A stretch of 64,000 nt of DNA from Octopus vulgaris. Taxonomy: Eukaryota. The notes beneath the pieces were generated by a model. That model was not told the origin of the DNA. It saw only the letters and a program-made list of their open reading frames with translations, and made no database searches. Shown in pieces: positions 57,357 through 64,000 of the stretch (position 1 is the first letter of the stretch; every line of letters starts with the position of its first letter). The stretch covers positions 33,666,001 through 33,730,000 of the forward strand of contig OX597831.1 in the NCBI GenBank assembly GCA_951406725.2, in the 5' to 3' direction. The position numbers and the translations under genes are program-made.

Positions 57357-57760
57357 GGCGTAGGAGTGGCTGTGTGGAGGCGTAGGAGTGGCTATGTGGT
57401 AAGTAGCTTGCTTACCAACCACATGGTTCCGGGCTCAGTCCCACTGCGGGGCACCTTGAGCAAGTGTCTTTTACTATAGCCTCGGGCCGACCAAAGCCTT
57501 GTAGACGGAAACTTAAAGAAGCCCGACGTATATATGTATATATACATGTATGTGAGTATATATGTTTGTGTGTCTGTGTTTGTCCCCGAACATCACTTGA
57601 CAACCGATGCTGGTGTGTTTACGTCCCCGTAACTTAGCGGTTCGGCAAAAGAGACCGATAGAATAAGTACTAGGATTACAAAGAATAAGTCATGGGGTCG
57701 ATTTGCTCGATCGACTAAAGGCGGTGCTCCAGCATGGCCACAGTAAAAAAATGACTGAAT
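57357..57760 (+). mobile_element. SINE family B with duplicated head; further partial or old copies near 17200, 18680, 47785, 48400, 60327, 61190, 62070
   Basis: ggcgtaggagtggct.tgtgg occurs twice in tandem, then the family B body. Confidence 0.8.
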
Positions 57761-57892
57761 ACTTGCATACGGATGGACTCCTCTAAAGGCGTCTAGTTGA
57801 TGGTATTAAATTGTACAAATAGTTATGTCTACCATCCCTAAAACAAGTACGGTTAATCATAAGGAGTGTGTAGAAGTGGCGACCTTGATATG

Positions 57893-58375
57893 AACACTTG
57901 CATACGGAGTAGACAACATTACAGGTGCCAGTTGATGCTATTATTTTGTACGAAAGACATACACTTCCATCCCAATAACCGATACAGTCCAAGGCAACAG
58001 ACCTTTTCTGTACATGTTCTGTCTACCAAGGTAAAGTGTCAATGTTGATGTGGACCCGAAGGTATGGTAGAAGGCGCTTACTTATAATATCAGGTGATAG
58101 TACAAAAATATTTCTTAAACAACACTTGCGTACGGAGTAGACATTATAGGTGCCAGTTGATGGTATTATTTTGTATGAAAGACATAGACTTCCATCCCAA
58201 CAACCGATACAGCCCAAGGCAACAGACCGTTTCTAAACATGTTCTGTCTACCAAGGTAAAGTGTCAATGTCGATGTGGACCCGGGGGTAGGGTAGAAGGC
58301 GCTTACCCATAATATCACGCGGTGGTACCAAACACAGAACCAATCAGGTGATAGTACAAAAATATTTCTTAAACA
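57893..58375. repeat. Two-copy tandem duplication with ~228-bp period, preceded by a diverged partial third copy
   Basis: acacttgc.tacggagtagaca...atcaggtgatagtacaaaaatatttcttaaac occurs twice. Confidence 0.85.
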
Positions 58376-59215
58376 CACGGCCACGCTCCTGTCCATAACC
58401 CCGATTGACACGAGCATATTTTGCTTGTGACATCTTAAATATTTTCATTTGTGGTACAGTTTACACAGTGAAGTTACTCTAATCGAATCTGATTCATCGA
58501 CCAATGGATTTCTGAAACGAGCGATAACCCAGATCGGTACGAACCTGTTACGCTCATCATATCTTGACTATCTTCGTATGTGGTACAGTTTACACAGTTG
58601 AGGTACTCTGATGGAATTTGAAACATTGATCGGCGTATTTCTTCAGTGCACTCTCAAATAATCGTACGCATAACTGAGATCGATACGACTCTGTTTTGCT
58701 AGTGACACTTACAAAACTTTTTTCGTTTTCTTCGCTTACACAGTCGTTGTACTCTAATCAAATTTGAAACATCGATCATTTACTTTGCCAATCGTCTCAA
58801 TTATTCGTTTTCATCAAACTTAACTTTCTCAATAGAAGCAATATCCAACTATGTTTTCCTTTTTATCCCTTCTTTCTTTTGTTTTATTTACCTTAAACTT
58901 CTTGTATTCTTGTTTGGTTTCTTTCAATAATGGTCTGCAAGACAGCTTAGTCTAAGAACATCGTCTCTTTCAATGTCAGATTAAATTTCAATTCACAAAT
59001 GTTTATATAAAAGGCTTTTGTTCATCTTTTTCATCGTTTGTTTATTATTTTTTCATGTATTTTTTAATCAATTGTCTCTGACACTTAAATACATAACCTC
59101 GTCTATTGAGAACACATTATCGCAAATTATAATTTTTACAACGTAATATACACATATCAATGAAATAAAAGTTGGTTAGTCTATTTGTCTGCATGTCCCT
59201 CCATCCACCCACCCA

Positions 59216-59284
<69 letters not shown>

Positions 59285-61440
59285 ATCTATCTATCTATCT
59301 ATCTGCATGAAGTATGACTACTGCATGAATTAAACTGCAGAATGCTTCGTTCGACTCAAATCATCGACCGAAACAAATGCGGGGCTGACCAAATAAAGAG
59401 ACTATATAAATATAGAAAGTGACTAAAGAACAATCCAGAACACAAGGATAAATTTGGGGTTGAAAATTTCTATACCAAGGGCTTGTCTGTTCTTGCGTCG
59501 CGTTACAAAAATACAACAGATGTATTTTAAAATGAATACATCATATACGTTTTCGCAAGAAGAGATGAGTGGCTTTCGTAATTTACTGACGGTATCACAG
59601 AGACAGTAACTTAACCATCTCTGCTCTGCCGGGACAATTCTCAGAAGCAGGTGCCTATACACAAGTATATTTACCACTTCTCCACTCACGAATACGCCAC
59701 AAAGGTAAGATAAATCAATAAGTTCGCAGCAACTATGGAGCCACTGGGGATGCCAGATATTGGTTAAGTACAACCGTACTCATCTACCTTAAGGTCCCAC
59801 CCGCTGGAATTTCTGTAGGTGTTTACTAATCATTAGAGTGGGTATGGTTTGTACAAATCTAGTCCAACTTCCTCGTCTTTCAACCTTGTGTTGCTCAGGT
59901 GCAACAAGTACCACGATCTCAGTAGTTAACAGGATGCAGGATTTGTATGGCGTTAACTTCGCTTTGATGAACAGCAAAAGAGGTGAAGGGCCCTATCTAA
60001 CCTAGATATGTTGGGGTACCTGTGTGACCTTCTTCCGGGGGAAATTCTATGACATGCTAATTAATCCATAACTGGGTTAACTGCCAGGTGTTACTACTCC
60101 GAGTCAGAGTAAACTTCGAGTCAATAGTGGCTGAAAGAGGGTCCCACACTGCCCAAAATTCTGGAACTTCCAAACTAGGACCTCTCTACCGGATGTAGTT
60201 GAAAGTCATATCCGGGACATAAGGATAGAGAGTCACATATGAATGTTTTTAGTTGTAATAGGATTATGTTCATAGGAATATATTCGAAAAATATAAGAAA
60301 AGTACTGAGGTACGGGAATGGAGGGTGTGGGTAAGAAGCTTGCTTTGAAACAATGTGGTTTCGAGATCAGTCCCACAGTACCTTGGTTAATGGGGTAGCC
60401 TCAGGCCGACCTGACGAAAACTGTATGGAAGCTCGTCTTGTATATAGATATAAAACACGTACATATATGTGCGAGTTTGTCGTCCTCGTAACTTAGCGGT
60501 TTGGCAAAAAAGGTACTATAAAATTATTACAAGACTTAAAAATGTGTACGAGGGAGGATTTGTTCGACTAAGCTCTTCAAGGCTGTGCCCCAGCTTGATA
60601 TCAACCTAACGACCGAAACGAGAAAAAGGAAAATGAATGCCAAAACGTGTGGAAACCTCTATGTGTGGCAGTGATACAAATACTGCTGTTAGTGTAACAA
60701 TAACCGATATAAATTTCGGTTGGTGAGTTGGTTGTGTGTGTTTGTGCGTATACAAATATATAGAGGAGTAAAATTTAGGCAAGTCGATGTACAAAATACA
60801 TTATTTTCTACTCTAGACACAAGGCACGACATTTTTGCGGAGGGGGCCAATCGATTAGCTCGATCCAGTACGCAACTGGTACTTAATTTATCAACCCTTG
60901 AAAGGATGAAATGGAAAGTCAACCTCGGCAGAATTTGAACTCAGAACGTAAAGGCAGACGAAATACTTATTTCTTTACTACCCACGAGGAGCTAAAGATA
61001 GAGTGGACAAACAAGGACAGACAAACGGATTAAGCAACTGGTACTTATTTAGTCGACCCCAAATGGATGAAAGGCAAAGTCGACCTCGGCGGAATTTGAA
61101 CTCACAGCGTAACGGCAGATAAAATACCGCTAAGTTTCGCCCGGCGTGCTAATGATTCTGCCAGCTCGTCGCCATAGATATATATTTATGTGTGTGTGTC
61201 TTTGTATCTGTGTTTGTCCCAACCCCATCATCGCTTGACAACCGATCTTGGTATGATTATGTCCTCGTAGTGTAGCGGTTCGGCAAAAGGGATCGGTACA
61301 ACAAATACCAGGCTTACAAAGAATAAGTCATTGGGTCGATTTCTTCGACTGAACCCCCCCCCCCCCCCATAAAGCGTTGCTCCAGCATGGCCGCAGTCAG
61401 ATGCCTGAAACAAGTAAAAGAAAAGAATACACAGACAATG

Positions 61441-61479
<39 letters not shown>

Positions 61480-62229
61480 TATACATACATATGCACATTA
61501 ATACATACATACATACATACATATATGCGCTGGAAATAATAAAAAAGTAAATAGTTATCTACTTATTAATCTGATAAAACCAACACTTGAACAACAATTT
61601 TCTCATTTCGCCTTCAGCTCATCACCGGCTTAGGAATAACGAGTGTATTGAAGACGCGTGTAGGCGGCCAATTCATGAATATAGAAACGAAAGCGAAGCA
61701 AGTTTAAAAATGAACATTGTAAAAAAAAATATAAAAAATACAGAAAGAAAGCGTAAACAAACGGTTTTGAATTCGATATCGGGGAATACCATCCGTTTAT
61801 CTTCTCTACATATGTCAAACGCAATTTATTTTTCTAGATCCGTGGTTAACATCTATGAACAAGAAATTGAAATCAACCCACACGCTTACAAAACTAAGGA
61901 CAATTTTGGAAAGATATGTTATGGATGTAATTTAGGCATTAATCTAGTTTGTGATACGAGTAATAGAGTGAATTAGTTCTAACTTACACCAAGGAAATTA
62001 TTATTTTTTTTTTAGGAGAGTTTCAACTGGCACTTGAAACCCTGCGATTGTTTATAAACCAGTGGGTCGCGCAAGAATGGCTGAGTAGTTAGAGATTTGC
62101 TTCCAAACCACTTGGTTCCGGGTTCAGTCCCACTGCGTGACACCTTGGGCAATTATCTTCTGCTACATTCTCAAGCCCATCAAAGCCTTGTGAGTGAATA
62201 TCGTAGACAGAAACTGAGAGAAGCCCGTC

Positions 62230-62275
<46 letters not shown>

Positions 62276-62554
62276 TATGTCGCTGTAACTTAGCGGTCCG
62301 GGAAAAGAGACCGACAAAATAAGTACCAGGGTTAAAAAATATTACGTGCTGGGTTTGATTCGTTCGACTAAAAATCCTTTACAATGGTGCCCCAGCATGG
62401 CCGCAATCTAATGACTGAAGCAAGTAAAAGATAATATGTACATGATGTAGAAGTAACGCAAAGAATAAATAAGGCTAAAACTACATTTAGAAGAAAAAGA
62501 AAGAAGAGCTATTCGTTCTAAGGGACATAACTCTGAAGCTGAAACTGAGGTTAA

Positions 62555-63050
62555 TAAACTGCTATATTTGTGCCGATCGTCCTCAACTGGGTAGAGAATT
62601 GGACAATGTCCAGAGTAATGGCGATGGAGATGCATGCCTTTGATATATGGGTTGGAATAAGCTGGAAATGCAGGTTAACAAACGCTGCAATTTTCTTTTA
62701 TACTCTAGGCACAAGGCCCGAAATTTTGGGGGAGGGGGCCAGTCGATTAGATCGACCCCAATACGCAACTGGTAATTAATGTGTCGACCCAGAAAGGATG
62801 AAGGGCAAAGTCGTCCTCGGCGGAATTTCAAACGCTGCAATATTAGAAAAGCTGTAAGTCCAAAGACATCCATTGTGAAGAATCAATTCCACAAAGCTAT
62901 GCGTGACTGTTCAAGACCATTCTGTCAGGAAGTACAGAGGTAAAAGAGCAAGAAGCCGCCAAAAACGTTTGTTGGCTGACATCAAAGAACGGAACAAGAG
63001 CCCGGCTGATTATGTGCATGCAATACGAAACGGAGGGAGCAGGTATGTCT
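62555..63050 (+). mobile_element. RTE-like LINE 3' fragment interrupted by a SINE
   Basis: FVPIVLNWVENWTM..HAFDIW..ISWKCRLTN, then RGKRARSRQKR..DIKE after the insertion. Confidence 0.6.
62692..62828 (-). mobile_element. 5'-truncated SINE family C with 13-bp target-site duplication
   Basis: caaacgctgcaat at 62679-62691 and 62829-62841. Confidence 0.85.
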
Positions 63051-63297
63051 TTTCAAATCTACCGCTATACATAGAGAGGGTACCTGGCTCATGATATTTG
63101 ACTATAATCAGGAGTGAATTTTCTTGATAGAGGCCATCCGTAAGTACAAGTCAGCAGGTTTTAAAATCAACGTAGAATCAACAATCCAACTGTGTAATTG
63201 GTTTTGGTTGAGTCATGACTTCCCATACTAAAATCGAAGATGGTCACTAGGTTTCTTACTTATTCATAACTAGCTTCATATTTGATAGTGTAAGTTA

Positions 63298-64000
63298 CGA
63301 AGTGGTACCAAAACGTTATCAGATTAGTCATGTAGCGCGCAAACGGACAGCAGCGCACGGTTGCGTGCATAGTGAGAGCTAGCAGTGGCCTTTATGAGGC
63401 AGTGTGCCGAGTGACATCGCTGATTTCACTCCGCAAGTTGGGAAATTTGTGTTTTTGTGATCGTGTGGTATGCTGTAGTCTGCGATTTTGTCATGGACAG
63501 GAAGATGAAACAAAGAGCCGACGTGAAATTTTGCGTTAAACTTGGGAGATCGGCTAAAGAGACATTGAGCATGCGTCGACAAGCTTACGGCACCGAGGCA
63601 ACGGGTCGTGCACAATGTTTCAAGTGGCACGGGTGTTTCGAAAGCGGAAGAACGTCCCTGCAAGACGTTGAGTGATCTGAAAGACCTACTGTGAGCGTCA
63701 CCCACGGAAGGGTGGTATTGTGCATCGTGCCCCTCCAAGTTCAGACGGTCAATCGAGAATTCTACAGCGAAGTTTTGAAGCGAAAGTGACCGGTTCTGTG
63801 GAGCGTGAAGAATTAGATCCTTCTCGACGACAATGCACCCTATCACTGAGCAATCCTCACGCGTGAGTTTCTCGCCAAAAACAACATGGTATCGCTTCTG
63901 CACCCTCCCTATTCGCCAAATTTAGCACTTGCGGACTTCCGTCTCCTCCCAAAGATGAAAATGCGAAGGTCACCATTTTAACACCGATGTCGAGATCGAG
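63298..64000 (+). mobile_element. Decayed mariner transposon (runs off the window)
   Basis: MKQRADVKFCVKLGRSAKETL..AYG..FKWHGCFESGRTSL helix-turn-helix, DNAPYH and HPPYSPNLALADF motifs; TA at 63296. Confidence 0.9.

Overview
AT-rich, microsatellite-saturated eukaryotic non-coding DNA. The SINE families and repeat landscape look like an octopus (coleoid cephalopod) genome; this is recognition of repeats by eye, not a database result. No intact protein-coding gene is visible, and nearly all ORF-track entries are translations of (TA)n, (TAA)n, (CTAT)n or (ATGT)n repeats. The window holds decayed Tc1, mariner and maT transposons, hAT- and Mutator-type MITEs, non-autonomous Helitrons, RTE, R4/Dong-like and L1/Tx1-like LINE fragments, and many SINEs. 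The most striking structure is a near-perfect tandem array of ~560-bp units at 34138-37595: about 4 copies in one orientation, then about 2 inverted, bounded by (TA)n. Each unit carries a type I hammerhead ribozyme motif (UGAG-CUGAUGA-stem II-GAAAC-GUAC-GUU/CUCA) and a second hammerhead-like fold, and is extensively self-complementary. It is therefore a candidate retrozyme / Penelope-dependent circular-RNA element. Further hammerhead motifs in unrelated repeats lie at ~39.0 kb, ~40.9 kb and ~25.6 kb, with a dead copy at ~17.0 kb.
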